A DNA stretch of 64,000 nt from an uncultured Lachnospiraceae bacterium (GCA_964541815.1 CAZIRI010000001.1:26845-90844); one strand, 5' to 3'. Positions 44,391 through 54,790 are shown, counted from the first letter of the stretch. Numbers and translations: made by a program. Notes: generated by a model not told the origin, from the letters alone.

Positions 44391-45248
44391 ATGGAAACTG
44401 AAAAATCACAAATTTGTTCAACATGCCCAAGAGCATGCAAAATTGACAGAAATCTCTCGCTTGGCTTTTGCAAAGAATCAAATTTGATTCGCATTGCAAA
44501 AATTATCGAACATTTCACATGGGAAGAACCCTGTGTGACAGGCGAAAAAGGAACTTTGGCAATCTTTTTTTCTGGCTGTAATTTGCGATGTGATTATTGC
44601 CAAAATTATGAAATTTCACACATTGGAAAAGGGAAAACATACACCATTGAAGAATTTGCAAATTTGATTGTTGAGAAACAAAAAAATCACTCTTCAATCG
44701 ACTTAATCACTCCGACCCATTTTTCAAAACAACTTAAACAAGCATTTTCTCTTTTCAAAAAGACTGTTCCTGTCATTTGGAACACAAACAGTTATGAAAC
44801 GCTGGAAAATATCGAAAATGTGGGGACTTTTGTAGATGTCTTTCTTGCCGATTTGAAATATTCAAATGATGAACTTGGAGCAAAATTCTCCGCATGCAAA
44901 GATTATTTTTCAGTTGCACTGCCCGCAATAAAAAAGATGTGCGAACTCAAAAAAGATGTCATCACTGATGATTTTATGCAACAAGGTGTCATCATAAGAC
45001 ATTTGGTTTTGCCAGGATACATTCAAAATTCGCTCAACACTCTTGATATTATAAATGAAAATTTCCCAACACGAAAAGTCAGTGTCATGAGTCAATTCAC
45101 GCCAAATGGACACAGCACATTAACTAGAAAACTTACCCCGATTGAATACAAAATTGTTGTGAAACATCTTGAAAATTTGGAGATTTCAAACGGCTACATA
45201 CAAGATTTTGACAGTGCAAGTGATATTTTTGTCCCAAATTTTGAATAA
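44391..45248 (+). CDS. radical SAM protein, PflX-like (pyruvate formate-lyase activase-related)
   Basis: FFSGCNLRCDYCQNYEIS (CxxxCxxC) preceded by an N-terminal Cys cluster CSTCPRAC...FC, typical of COG1313. Confidence 0.8.
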   Translation: METEKSQICSTCPRACKIDRNLSLGFCKESNLIRIAKIIEHFTWEEPCVTGEKGTLAIFFSGCNLRCDYCQNYEISHIGKGKTYTIEEFANLIVEKQKNHSSIDLITPTHFSKQLKQAFSLFKKTVPVIWNTNSYETLENIENVGTFVDVFLADLKYSNDELGAKFSACKDYFSVALPAIKKMCELKKDVITDDFMQQGVIIRHLVLPGYIQNSLNTLDIINENFPTRKVSVMSQFTPNGHSTLTRKLTPIEYKIVVKHLENLEISNGYIQDFDSASDIFVPNFE

Positions 45249-45310
45249 CTCAATCAATTTTTCTTGACTTATTTGTAAAAAAAGAATATCATAATCAAAA
45301 GGAGTGGAAA

Positions 45311-45610
45311 ATGTCTTCAAACAAAAGTTCGATAAGAAATGTTTTTTTTAGTTTATTCTTCTGCTTACTCACAATTTTGTTTGCAGGATTATATCATTTC
45401 AAAGTGCTGTCAAGACTTGATGAGATTTTGACACTCACGTATTGTTCATATTTCATTGGCCTAGCATTTGCTTTCAATCACTCATTTTTATATGAAAAAG
45501 GGAAAAAGGTTTCCGCAAATTTCAATCTCACATTAAGCATACTTTTGTCACTTTTCGCAATCAGTCTTCTTGTTTATGGTTTGATAACAGGTCAAATTGA
45601 AATGTTTTAA
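45311..45610 (+). CDS. small membrane protein (99 aa, 3 predicted TM)
   Basis: AAGGAG precedes the ATG. Hydrophobic segments include VFFSLFFCLLTILFAGLY and LTLSILLSLFAISLLVYGLI. Confidence 0.6.
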   Translation: MSSNKSSIRNVFFSLFFCLLTILFAGLYHFKVLSRLDEILTLTYCSYFIGLAFAFNHSFLYEKGKKVSANFNLTLSILLSLFAISLLVYGLITGQIEMF

Positions 45611-45611
45611 T

Positions 45612-45647
45612 CAAAAAAAGATGTTGAAAATTTCAACATCTTTTTTC
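45612..45647. terminator. bidirectional rho-independent terminator
   Basis: aaaaaaaGATGTTGaaaatttCAACATCtttttt, between convergent genes. Confidence 0.7.
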
Positions 45648-48209
45648 TTATTCATTTTCATCTTTGTTTGTGTCACCATTCACATCATTGATTTCAGTCA
45701 ACAAGTTGTCAATTTCAACCAAAACATTTTCAAGTTTTTCATTGATTTCTCGAACTTCTTCTTCTGAACTGTTGTCAGATGACATAACACCCTGCGCTTC
45801 ATTTTGCAATTCGTCAATGTTGAGCAAGAGTGCATCTCTCTTTTCTTGCAATTCATCCGTTCTCGAATCTTTCCCTTCGGCAGTCACTTTTGCAATTTCA
45901 GAACTCAATGCTTCTCGCATTTCAGCAAGTTTCTTTTCTTCTTCAGAAAGTCTCTTGTTTAATTCATAAAGCGAACTGCTTTTCTTTGGTCTGCCTCTTG
46001 GTCGTTTCTCCGCTGGATTTTCTTCCCCAGGTTTCACAATTTTCTTTGGTCTCCCAGGTTTTCTCACAATTTTAGGTTCATTCGAAACAGCCTTTCTTGG
46101 TCTGCCTGCTTTTTTCTTTTGTTTCACAGGTTCTTCTATGGCAACTTCTTCAAAAGCCTTTGCTTCCTCCGCTGTCCCATTTTCAACTTCTTCTTGTTCA
46201 ACATTTTCATCTTGTTGTTCAATTTCTTGATTGTTTATATCGCCCGTTTCAACATTTTCACTTGAATCACTTTCAAACCCTTCACTTGAAGACACATTTT
46301 CAGCAGTGTCACCCTCAACCTCTTCGTTTGAATATTCTTGTTCCATATTACTTTCGAAATTTTCCTCAACATCAGTCTCGTTTTCTTCGCCAGTTTCTTC
46401 TTTTTCAACTCTTCCGCTGTTGATAACTTCAATTTCGTTGTCTTTGTCAACCGCTTTGATAATGTCTTCTGCTGTGTCATAAATATTTTGCTTTTGAGCC
46501 TCATCAGTTGTGAAATCAAAACTGTCCAAATCGTCAAAGTTGACAAGTTTTTTGCCGTCTTCGGTCGTCGTCTTCTTTTCTTCAACCCGCTTGCTTATAG
46601 GTTCGCCAATTCCCAAATATTGTCCGTCTTGCGTGTAGATGCTTCCGTCCAAATCATGGAAATGCCCATCTGTGTCATAATATGTTCCATTTGCATAAAC
46701 ATAATTGCCTTTTTCATCATAAGAGCCTTCATTTGATGTTTCGTCAGCATTTTCAGCAGGTTCTTCACTTTCAGGAGTTTCATTTTCTTCAACTTGCCCC
46801 TCTTCATCTTGATGATTTTCTTCATTTGGCATTTCTTGTGAAGCGTTGTTCATCTTGACTTCAAGTTCAGTTATATATTGTCTATATTTTTCATTTTCTT
46901 CTTTCAAAGAATTTAATTTTTCAGCAAACACTGTTGCAACAACTTTTTCCGCACTTCGACAGAACTTATCAAAGAATGTTTGATATTCATTTATCATCGC
47001 TTGTTGAGTTTCAAGTTTATAACCCTCAAGTTCTTGTTTAAGGGCATTGATTTCGTCTTCACACTCTTTCTTTTCAAGCAAATATTTTGTTCTTTGTTGT
47101 TCAAATTCTTGTTCCAACTGCTCTTGCTTTGCCGCTTCTTGAGTTTGTTGCTTTCTATAATAGTTGCTTTCGATTCTGTTTGTTGTTTCTTCTTGCATCT
47201 TCCTCAAGTTGAGGATATTCTCTTTTGATGCCTGAATTTTTGTTTGTGATTCTTTTTGAACATTGTCAAAATTCTTTCTTCGTGAGTCCAACTCGCTTTC
47301 AAGTTGAGAAATTTTTACCAATGTTTTTTCTTGTCGTTTCAAGAACTTTTCGCTCTCTCTCATCGCTCTTTCAAGCACAATTGAACCATCAACACCCGTT
47401 GATGAAAAGTCGTATTGAACATATGTGATATCTTCTTCTTTTGCTTTGTTGAATGCCTCTTGCTCTCTTCGTGCTTTCAAATCTTGAAACTCTCGAATGA
47501 TAACTTGTCCTTTGTCAATTTCTCTTGGTGTGAACAAAATTTGATAATCAATATATGATGTCAAATTCACACAAGCGTTGTCCATAAATCTTCCAAGCAT
47601 TGAAACCGTGTTATACAAATTGTCAAGAAGTTTTCTTTTTCTTGCATTGAAAATTCCAACAAAAATGTATCCAATTAAAGTGATTAAAACTCCCAACAAC
47701 AGCGACAAAACAACCGCTTCACCAGTTATCACACCCGATTCAGACATTGCTTTTATCACCAAAACAAACAAAGTCGCACACAAAGCCCAAATCACCGTGA
47801 AAAGCGACAATGTTCTTATACTCGCACTGTATGAACTCGTCTTCAATGGTCTTTCAATCAAATTTTCACTGGACAAATATTTTGATGGAGGTCCCTCTCT
47901 GAAAAGTGCATACCTTGTCCAAAAGTTGAAAAGCAATTTTGGAGATTTTGCTTTCACCACCTGATTGAACTCTCGAACATTCTCTTCCGTGACACCTTCT
48001 TTTCTTCTGAACAGCCAATCGATAATTGCATTGCAACCACGAATCAGGCGGACTTCATAAGAAAAAGCAAGTCGAATCAAGAAAATAATGACAAAAAGTG
48101 CTTCAACTGCAAGCCCAATCAAAAAAGCCATATCAAGCCCAATTTTGTTTGCACAATCGACAAGCGTATTTTTTATCCCATCGACAACTGCACAACTTGT
48201 TGAAAACAT
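45648..48209 (-). CDS. membrane-anchored coiled-coil protein with an acidic region and three AT-hook motifs
   Basis: Three N-terminal TM segments; the last is followed by NARKRKL (positive-inside). There is a long Q/E/K heptad-rich region and a D/E-rich tract. Then KKKAGRPRKAVSNEPKIVRKPGRPKKIVKPGEENPAEKRPRGRPKKSSS (nt 45972-46118), followed by a C-terminal coiled coil. AGGAGG precedes the ATG. Confidence 0.8.
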   Translation of the reverse strand: MFSTSCAVVDGIKNTLVDCANKIGLDMAFLIGLAVEALFVIIFLIRLAFSYEVRLIRGCNAIIDWLFRRKEGVTEENVREFNQVVKAKSPKLLFNFWTRYALFREGPPSKYLSSENLIERPLKTSSYSASIRTLSLFTVIWALCATLFVLVIKAMSESGVITGEAVVLSLLLGVLITLIGYIFVGIFNARKRKLLDNLYNTVSMLGRFMDNACVNLTSYIDYQILFTPREIDKGQVIIREFQDLKARREQEAFNKAKEEDITYVQYDFSSTGVDGSIVLERAMRESEKFLKRQEKTLVKISQLESELDSRRKNFDNVQKESQTKIQASKENILNLRKMQEETTNRIESNYYRKQQTQEAAKQEQLEQEFEQQRTKYLLEKKECEDEINALKQELEGYKLETQQAMINEYQTFFDKFCRSAEKVVATVFAEKLNSLKEENEKYRQYITELEVKMNNASQEMPNEENHQDEEGQVEENETPESEEPAENADETSNEGSYDEKGNYVYANGTYYDTDGHFHDLDGSIYTQDGQYLGIGEPISKRVEEKKTTTEDGKKLVNFDDLDSFDFTTDEAQKQNIYDTAEDIIKAVDKDNEIEVINSGRVEKEETGEENETDVEENFESNMEQEYSNEEVEGDTAENVSSSEGFESDSSENVETGDINNQEIEQQDENVEQEEVENGTAEEAKAFEEVAIEEPVKQKKKAGRPRKAVSNEPKIVRKPGRPKKIVKPGEENPAEKRPRGRPKKSSSLYELNKRLSEEEKKLAEMREALSSEIAKVTAEGKDSRTDELQEKRDALLLNIDELQNEAQGVMSSDNSSEEEVREINEKLENVLVEIDNLLTEINDVNGDTNKDENE

Positions 48210-48361
48210 AAAAACCTCCTATTACATTTCATAGTATAGCACAAATAAAAAAATAATTGCTAGCAATTTTTAATAATTTCAAAAAAATATTTTATATTCG
48301 TAAAATAAAAGGGGAAAAATCATTTCAAAAAACAATTTTTCTCCAATTTTTTTGTATTTAT

Positions 48362-51300
48362 TTAGATGTCCAATTCAATCAATTTGCAAGTTTTCAATGA
48401 CAGCAAAAAACTTTTTTCAACTGTTTTGCCAGTCCACTGCTCAATCGCCTGCTTATACAATTTAAGTTGTTTTGAATATTTGTTTTTCAAATATTCTTCA
48501 TTCCCGCCCGAATATTTGTAGTCAATCAAAACTATTTTTTCGCCCTCAACTGCAAAAAGGTCAACAGTCCCTTGCACCAAAATTTCGTCATCAAAATCAC
48601 AATCTTCAACAAGTTCACAAATTTTGTTTTTCATCATAAATTCTTTTTCTTTGTAAATTGTGTAGCCATGAAGCAAATCTTTCAGTGTCAAAATATTTTT
48701 CAGTAGCAACTCTTTGTCAACAAGTTCAATCCCCACAAGAGCATTTTTATAAACACTTATTTGTTCACTCAAATCTTCAATCGTTGAAATTTTTTCAAAA
48801 TCCAAAATTTTCAACGCCAAGTGATAAGCGTTTCCAATTTCCGCACTCGCACTGCCAAACGAAAAATTTTCATTTGAATATTTTGAAAGAATATTTTCCG
48901 CATTTTTGTTGTTTAATTCAGTGACCGTTTCTTTCAATTTGAAATTCATTCTGTCACTATATTTATATTGATAAGAGAAATAATCCCTCATCGACTGCAA
49001 CAATTTTTCATCAACTGCAACATTTTCAAGAGGTTGATTTGCTCCAAAATCTGCCATTTGCAAATTTCCCAAAACTTCAATCAAAACAGAATCACTCTCA
49101 AATTTCCCTGACTTCAAAACCAAATTTGCTTCATCTTTTAGCGCATAAAAAATCAAATCAAAATATGAATTGCACTCGAAAATTGAACTTTTTTCAAAGT
49201 TTTTCTCATTATATTCCCCAAAGAGATACAAACGATTTTTCGCTCTTGTAAGTGCGACATAGAAAAGCATCAAACTGTCAACAAATTCCTTTTTCATTGT
49301 CGCAATCTTCATCGCTTTCATTTTGACTGTCGTCATTTCAGTGTTGCTTTCAAAGTCAAAATATTTCACAGAAAATCCAAAATCTTCACTTGCAAAAACA
49401 TCACTCTTTTTCCCCGAAGAACTCCAAACCTTGTCGCATTCAACAAGAAAAACAATTGGATATTCAAGCCCTTTGCTGTTGTGAATTGTTGACAACAAAA
49501 CGGCATCTGAACTTGGTGAAACTTCACTTGTCACTTGAATGTCAACATTTTCAAAATGATGAATGAGTGACGGGATGTCATCATCAAATTTTGAAGATGA
49601 AATTTCATTCAAAAAGCACTCAACATATCTCCAAATTTTCGTCCCATTTATCAAATTGTTGACATAGCCCGAATAGTCAATTTCATCAAAAAGCAACTCA
49701 AATGCGTGTTTAATTCCAAAAATAACTGCATTTTTTTTGAATTTTTGAATTAAATTCCTAAAATTTTCAAATTTTTCACTTTCAAAAACAATTTCACATA
49801 AAGTTTTGTCATAGCCAGATTTTTCTTTCACAATCTCTTCAAAAGAGAACCCGCCAAAGACGGAAGTCAAAACAGACAACATCGCAACATCATCATCAAA
49901 GTTCAAAGCAATTTTCAAAATATTTAAGAGAATTTTTGTCTCTGAAATATCAAAAATTTTGTCATTTGAATTTGAAATAACAGGAATTCCACTTTGTGCC
50001 AAATCATTTTCTAGGTCAGAGAACATCCCAACTCTATTTCTAAACAAAATCGCTATATCGCTGTATCTGCAATCTCTAAATTGTTTCTTTTCTATATCAT
50101 AAATTTGAGATTTCATCACCTCAAAAATTTGTCTTTTTATGTCAAGAACTTGCATTTGCATTTTCTTTTCCACAAAAGTTTTTGCATTTTTCACACTGTA
50201 AACATCTGGATTTTTTTCCTCAACTTCTTCATTTTCAACAATCAAATCAATGTAAATCGATTTTTTTCCGTCATCCAAAAACTCTTTTTTCCCGTCCAAC
50301 ATTGAAGTTTTTTTATAGTCAATTCCGCATGATTGTTTTGTCATGCAAATTGAACAAACAGAATTTACAAAATCAAGCACATTTTTTGCACTTCTAAAAT
50401 TTGATTTCAAATAGCGAACATTTGAATTTTCATCAATTTCAAACTGCTCAACATCGTTCATGAAAATTTCACAACTTGCTTGACGAAAACCATAAATACC
50501 TTGCTTTGCATCGCCAAATGCAACAAAATTGCAGTTTTTTGCAACATTTTTAACAAAATTTTCTTGAATTTTGTTTGTATCTTGATATTCGTCAATAAAA
50601 ACATACTTGAAATTTTCAAACAAATTTGCCTGTTTTGACAAACAACTCATGTATCTTTCAATATCACCAAAACTTAAACAATTGTTCAATTTGAGCAGTT
50701 TTTCTTTTTCATCACAATAAAGTTCATACAACACAAGCAAAACTTTTTCCAAAACAGCGTTTCGCTCAAAATCAATTTTTGCTTTGTCATCAAGTTGTAG
50801 TTTCAAAATATCATCAACCAAATTTTTGATTGTTGAAACAATGTTTTTTGTTTGTTGTGAAATTTCTTGCCCAACAAGTTTTTTATTCACAGATGACGGC
50901 TTGACAAAATCTTTCGCTTTGCCAAAAAGTTCAATCAAATTTTCACTCTCAACAAGAGATTTAACACTGTTTTTCACTTCATTTTCAAAGTCAAACAAAT
51001 GAAGGCCTTCGACTTGCTTTATCAATTCATCAATTTTCCACTTAAAATCTGACAAAATATATTCACACGCATCGTCAAAAAGTTTTTCTGGATTTTCGAT
51101 ATTTTTTTTCAAAAAACTTTCCTTGTCAGCAAGAGCATCAGTTATTGCATCGATTTGGAAAAGAATTGTTTTTATCTTTGCCTTGTTGTTTTTATACAAA
51201 TCCACAAGCCACAAAAAATCTTCTTGATGTTTTTCTTCAAAAATTTTCAAAGCATTGTCGAAAGAATTTTGTTTGATATCATTTATCAAACTTTCATCTG

Positions 51301-51664
51301 CAACCTCAAAATTGTCACTAATTCCAAGCAAATTTGCATATTTTTTCACACATTTTTCGCAAAAAGAGTCAATTGTTGAAATATTTGAAACCGACAAATT
51401 GTCAAGTTGTTCAACAACATATGCATTGTTCCCCTGTTCTAGCAAACGTTTTTTCAGTTTGTTTTTCATCTCTGTGGCAGCCGATTTCGTGAAAGTCAAA
51501 ACGACCAAATTTTTCACTGGCACTTTTTCTTCACAAACAAGTTGAATGATATAATCAATCATGACCTTTGTTTTTCCACTGCCCGCAGACGCACTGACAA
51601 TCATGTTTTTCGCCTTATTTTGCAACACTTTTTGTTGCTCTTCAATCACAAGATTTTCACTCAT
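48362..51664 (-). CDS. addA: ATP-dependent helicase/nuclease subunit A (UvrD-like helicase plus PD-(D/E)XK nuclease)
   Basis: Walker A VSASAGSGKTKVM, FIDEYQDTN, and C-terminal nuclease motif GTVDLFAVEGEKIVLIDYKYS. Start at the ATG at 51664 (MSENL), overlapping the addB end by 8 nt. Confidence 0.9.
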   Translation of the reverse strand: MSENLVIEEQQKVLQNKAKNMIVSASAGSGKTKVMIDYIIQLVCEEKVPVKNLVVLTFTKSAATEMKNKLKKRLLEQGNNAYVVEQLDNLSVSNISTIDSFCEKCVKKYANLLGISDNFEVADESLINDIKQNSFDNALKIFEEKHQEDFLWLVDLYKNNKAKIKTILFQIDAITDALADKESFLKKNIENPEKLFDDACEYILSDFKWKIDELIKQVEGLHLFDFENEVKNSVKSLVESENLIELFGKAKDFVKPSSVNKKLVGQEISQQTKNIVSTIKNLVDDILKLQLDDKAKIDFERNAVLEKVLLVLYELYCDEKEKLLKLNNCLSFGDIERYMSCLSKQANLFENFKYVFIDEYQDTNKIQENFVKNVAKNCNFVAFGDAKQGIYGFRQASCEIFMNDVEQFEIDENSNVRYLKSNFRSAKNVLDFVNSVCSICMTKQSCGIDYKKTSMLDGKKEFLDDGKKSIYIDLIVENEEVEEKNPDVYSVKNAKTFVEKKMQMQVLDIKRQIFEVMKSQIYDIEKKQFRDCRYSDIAILFRNRVGMFSDLENDLAQSGIPVISNSNDKIFDISETKILLNILKIALNFDDDVAMLSVLTSVFGGFSFEEIVKEKSGYDKTLCEIVFESEKFENFRNLIQKFKKNAVIFGIKHAFELLFDEIDYSGYVNNLINGTKIWRYVECFLNEISSSKFDDDIPSLIHHFENVDIQVTSEVSPSSDAVLLSTIHNSKGLEYPIVFLVECDKVWSSSGKKSDVFASEDFGFSVKYFDFESNTEMTTVKMKAMKIATMKKEFVDSLMLFYVALTRAKNRLYLFGEYNEKNFEKSSIFECNSYFDLIFYALKDEANLVLKSGKFESDSVLIEVLGNLQMADFGANQPLENVAVDEKLLQSMRDYFSYQYKYSDRMNFKLKETVTELNNKNAENILSKYSNENFSFGSASAEIGNAYHLALKILDFEKISTIEDLSEQISVYKNALVGIELVDKELLLKNILTLKDLLHGYTIYKEKEFMMKNKICELVEDCDFDDEILVQGTVDLFAVEGEKIVLIDYKYSGGNEEYLKNKYSKQLKLYKQAIEQWTGKTVEKSFLLSLKTCKLIELDI

Positions 51665-54600
51665 CTTCTTTCCTTTTTCGAATTTCCTTTCTCTCTCCGT
51701 CAATTTCCCTATGCCCACAAATTGAAGAAAATGGACATCTTTCGCACTCATTTTTGAACGGCTTTGCCTCAATATAACCACCCATTATTTCATCAATCGC
51801 CTGACAAGAAATTTTTTGTGCATAATCAAATTCCGCTTCAAAACTCACTTTGTTTGGCAAATATTTGAAAGCAAATTCGCCTTTTTTTGCACTCTTTTTT
51901 CTCAATGTGCCCAATATGTTTGACTTGAAATTTTCATCGTCAAGCCTAAAATCACTCGCATAAACAACATCATTATCCGCCAGCGTCAAGCCTGTCAAAA
52001 TTTTTTCTCCACTGCCAACCTTGCCATATTTGTGCTTGCAATCAAAATAATAAATCCCCGAGCAGTCTTTTTTGAGTTCTTCTTTAAGTGTCATTGCATA
52101 CAAAACGAGTTGCAATTTTTTCCCATTCAACAAATCATTTTCAATTGGCGAAGTTTGCCCCGTTTTGTAGTCAATCACTCTGAAATAATTTTCAAACTCA
52201 TCAACCCTGTCAACATAACCCACAAATGACAAATTTTTATAAAAATTCTTCACTATTTTTTTCTCAAATGCAGCAGGTGTGAAATTTGAATATTTTTGTT
52301 CAAAAACCGCTCTTTGCAAAATAATTTTGCTTGCTCTATGCAAAAATTTGACAAAATAAGCCTTTTTTATCACTTTTTCGTCATAAATTCTTTTTGCAAT
52401 TTCAATTAAATTGATTTTCAAAAAATTTTCGACATCATCATCTGTCAAATTTTTGAGGTTATCCACATTTTCTTCCACAAATTTATGCAGTAATTCATGT
52501 GCAAGAATTCCAAATCGTTTTGCATTCGGATCTATATTCTCATTCTCTTTTATCTTCAATCCATAAGTCACAAAATGCCTGAATGGACACTTAAAATAAG
52601 TTTCAAGTTGAGTGACAGAAAAGTGGTTTCTTGTGAAAAAAACATCGCAAGCATTGTCAATTTGCAAATTCGAATTTTTCTTTTCTTCAAATTTAGTTTC
52701 CCCACACAACTCTTTCATCGTTCCATAAAAAGCAACTGGCAATTTCTTTTTGTTTTTCAAATATGCAAATGCAAAGCGGGAATTTTTTGCAATTCCAACA
52801 AACATCTTCAACTCCTCACACCTTTCATCTTTTGAAAAACCTGCAAAATCAATATCTTCAAGTTGGACAGTTTGCAAAACATTCTCATCGGTGCCATTTC
52901 CAAACATCTTTTTTAAGTCGCCAACAAAACTTGCTTTTTCAACCAACTTTCCACCCTCAACACTGGGAGTGCAAACATAGAGCCTCTTTGTTGCATGTTG
53001 CAAGCATTCAAAAAGTTTCAATCGACTTCTTCTGTTCAGCACGCTTATTTGCGGTTCAAGAATAAAATTCAATCGCAATTTTTCAATATCGTCATCGTCA
53101 ATAATTCCAACATCAGCACGCATTTTTGGCATTGAACTTTCAGTCGCCCCCAAAACAAAAAGTGTTGAAACATCTTGAAAATATGAATTTGAAACATCTC
53201 CAATAAAAATTGCATCAATATAGGACGGAACAGTTTCAACCTTGACAGATTTTGTCGCCAGCAAGAAAATTGACTCAAAATCAACAATATCAAAATTTTC
53301 ATCTTTTCCAATTTCAGAAAGCCTGTCCAAAACTTCAATTATCAAATTTTCTGCTTGCGAATTTTCACTTTCTTTTTTATAAAGTTTGTCGTCAGAAATC
53401 AAATTCAAAACATTTTTATGTTTTTCACTCACAAAATCAACAATTTCTTTCAAAATTTCAGTAAAATTTTGCATTTTTTTTGCAAAAGAAAGTTTTTTTA
53501 TGAGAGAGATAATTTTTTCATAAGAACAAAATCTTTGCAAAAATTCTTGTTCGTCTTCAACAACATAGAATTTTATATCTTTCAAAATTTGAAGTGTCTC
53601 ATCAGTTGAAAGAAATGGATGCGAAACAAGAAATTCAAAACTTTCTTGTGAAAAGCCAACCTTGGCAATGTTGATAATTTTTGTCAAAAATTTCCCCAAA
53701 ATTGTTTGAGACAAATCTAGGGCATCATCACAATAAAATGTCAAATCATATTGTGAAAAAACATTTTTTATCTTTTCATAATATTCAGGTCCCGCAACTG
53801 CAACTGCAAAATCTTTGAATCTCACACCATTATAAACATCATATTTTATCTTTTTTGCAACAAATTCAATTTCATCATTCATATTTTTTGCTTGAACATT
53901 GACAAAAAAATCACTTTTTCCTTGTTCAACATCAAAAGCAAACAAATTTTGAGCCATTTTCAATCGCTCACCAGTCAAGTTTGTTTGATTGTTTTGCACT
54001 TGCACCATAACGGAATTTTCTTTCGCCAAACTCATCGTCTTTTTATGTATATCATCTTCATAGATATATGCATTTTTTTGTGAAGAAGTTGGCACTGCTT
54101 GCCCGATAAAAACTTGATTAACATATTTGGAAAGTTTACAAATAAAATCATGAATTTCAAGAGAAAAACTGTCAAAATTCACAAAAAAGAGGTTGTAATT
54201 CTTCAAATTTTCATAACTATGTGCATTTTTTATTGAAAATTCCAATAATTTTGACAAATCAAGTTTTTTGCCCAACATCTGCTCATATTTTTCATAAATC
54301 ATTCGTAAGTCAGAAATTTTCTTGTCCAAATTTTCATTTCCAACAGTTTTCAATGCCTTGTAAGAAATTTTGCACGACTTGAATTGCTTTATTATTTGTA
54401 AAATTTTTTGACAAAAATCAATTCCACATTTGGAAAAATATTGAAAATCTTTTTCACATTCTTTCACAACTTTGTAGATTGTGAAAACTTCATCAAGCCC
54501 CGAAATTCTTTGATAAGGAATATTTTGGTCTCGCAAAATTTTGCTCGCAAGTTTTGACACACCAACAACATTGATATTGAAAGATGACTTTATTTTCAAA

Positions 54601-54749
54601 ACATCAAAAATCAAATTTTCCGCTTGCATAGAAAAAGAATCTGGCACAATCACCAAATTTTCCTTTTCAAAATCATTGACATCAATTTGCTTTATCGTGT
54701 TGACTCCCGCCTCATAAATCGTGAGCCCCGTTATCAACTGAATATTCAT
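51657..54749 (-). CDS. addB: helicase-exonuclease AddAB subunit B (RexB-like)
   Basis: C-terminal nuclease/Fe-S module: CPFRHF...RVIDYKTG...CERCPFSSIC. The N-terminus has no GxGKT Walker A. Confidence 0.85.
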   Translation of the reverse strand: MNIQLITGLTIYEAGVNTIKQIDVNDFEKENLVIVPDSFSMQAENLIFDVLKIKSSFNINVVGVSKLASKILRDQNIPYQRISGLDEVFTIYKVVKECEKDFQYFSKCGIDFCQKILQIIKQFKSCKISYKALKTVGNENLDKKISDLRMIYEKYEQMLGKKLDLSKLLEFSIKNAHSYENLKNYNLFFVNFDSFSLEIHDFICKLSKYVNQVFIGQAVPTSSQKNAYIYEDDIHKKTMSLAKENSVMVQVQNNQTNLTGERLKMAQNLFAFDVEQGKSDFFVNVQAKNMNDEIEFVAKKIKYDVYNGVRFKDFAVAVAGPEYYEKIKNVFSQYDLTFYCDDALDLSQTILGKFLTKIINIAKVGFSQESFEFLVSHPFLSTDETLQILKDIKFYVVEDEQEFLQRFCSYEKIISLIKKLSFAKKMQNFTEILKEIVDFVSEKHKNVLNLISDDKLYKKESENSQAENLIIEVLDRLSEIGKDENFDIVDFESIFLLATKSVKVETVPSYIDAIFIGDVSNSYFQDVSTLFVLGATESSMPKMRADVGIIDDDDIEKLRLNFILEPQISVLNRRSRLKLFECLQHATKRLYVCTPSVEGGKLVEKASFVGDLKKMFGNGTDENVLQTVQLEDIDFAGFSKDERCEELKMFVGIAKNSRFAFAYLKNKKKLPVAFYGTMKELCGETKFEEKKNSNLQIDNACDVFFTRNHFSVTQLETYFKCPFRHFVTYGLKIKENENIDPNAKRFGILAHELLHKFVEENVDNLKNLTDDDVENFLKINLIEIAKRIYDEKVIKKAYFVKFLHRASKIILQRAVFEQKYSNFTPAAFEKKIVKNFYKNLSFVGYVDRVDEFENYFRVIDYKTGQTSPIENDLLNGKKLQLVLYAMTLKEELKKDCSGIYYFDCKHKYGKVGSGEKILTGLTLADNDVVYASDFRLDDENFKSNILGTLRKKSAKKGEFAFKYLPNKVSFEAEFDYAQKISCQAIDEIMGGYIEAKPFKNECERCPFSSICGHREIDGERKEIRKRKEDE

Positions 54750-54790
54750 ACTTTGATTTTAACACAAATGTCATATAATTCAAAGCGATT

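Noticed and set aside
44267-44518. 83-aa minus-strand ORF overlapping the start of the radical SAM gene.
   Set aside because: It overlaps the promoter and 5' end of a well-supported + strand gene. It has no SD and an implausible composition.
48255-48268. Perfect 14-bp palindrome aattgctagcaatt between addA and the AT-hook protein gene.
   Set aside because: It could be a weak AT-rich terminator or an operator. It is a single short palindrome in AT-rich DNA with no second copy, which is insufficient evidence for a call.
920-51781. N-terminal extensions of many track ORFs: nrdD 3073, oxidoreductase 18787, HI0933-like 19902, lepB 30108, rpsF 36237, tcdA 38755, HD 39887, addA 51781, ndk 61556 and others.
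   Set aside because: In each case an internal ATG is preceded by a clear GGAGG-type SD, or forms an ATGA overlap with the upstream stop. The protein family's conserved N-terminus begins at that internal ATG. The extensions overlap upstream genes or lack an SD.
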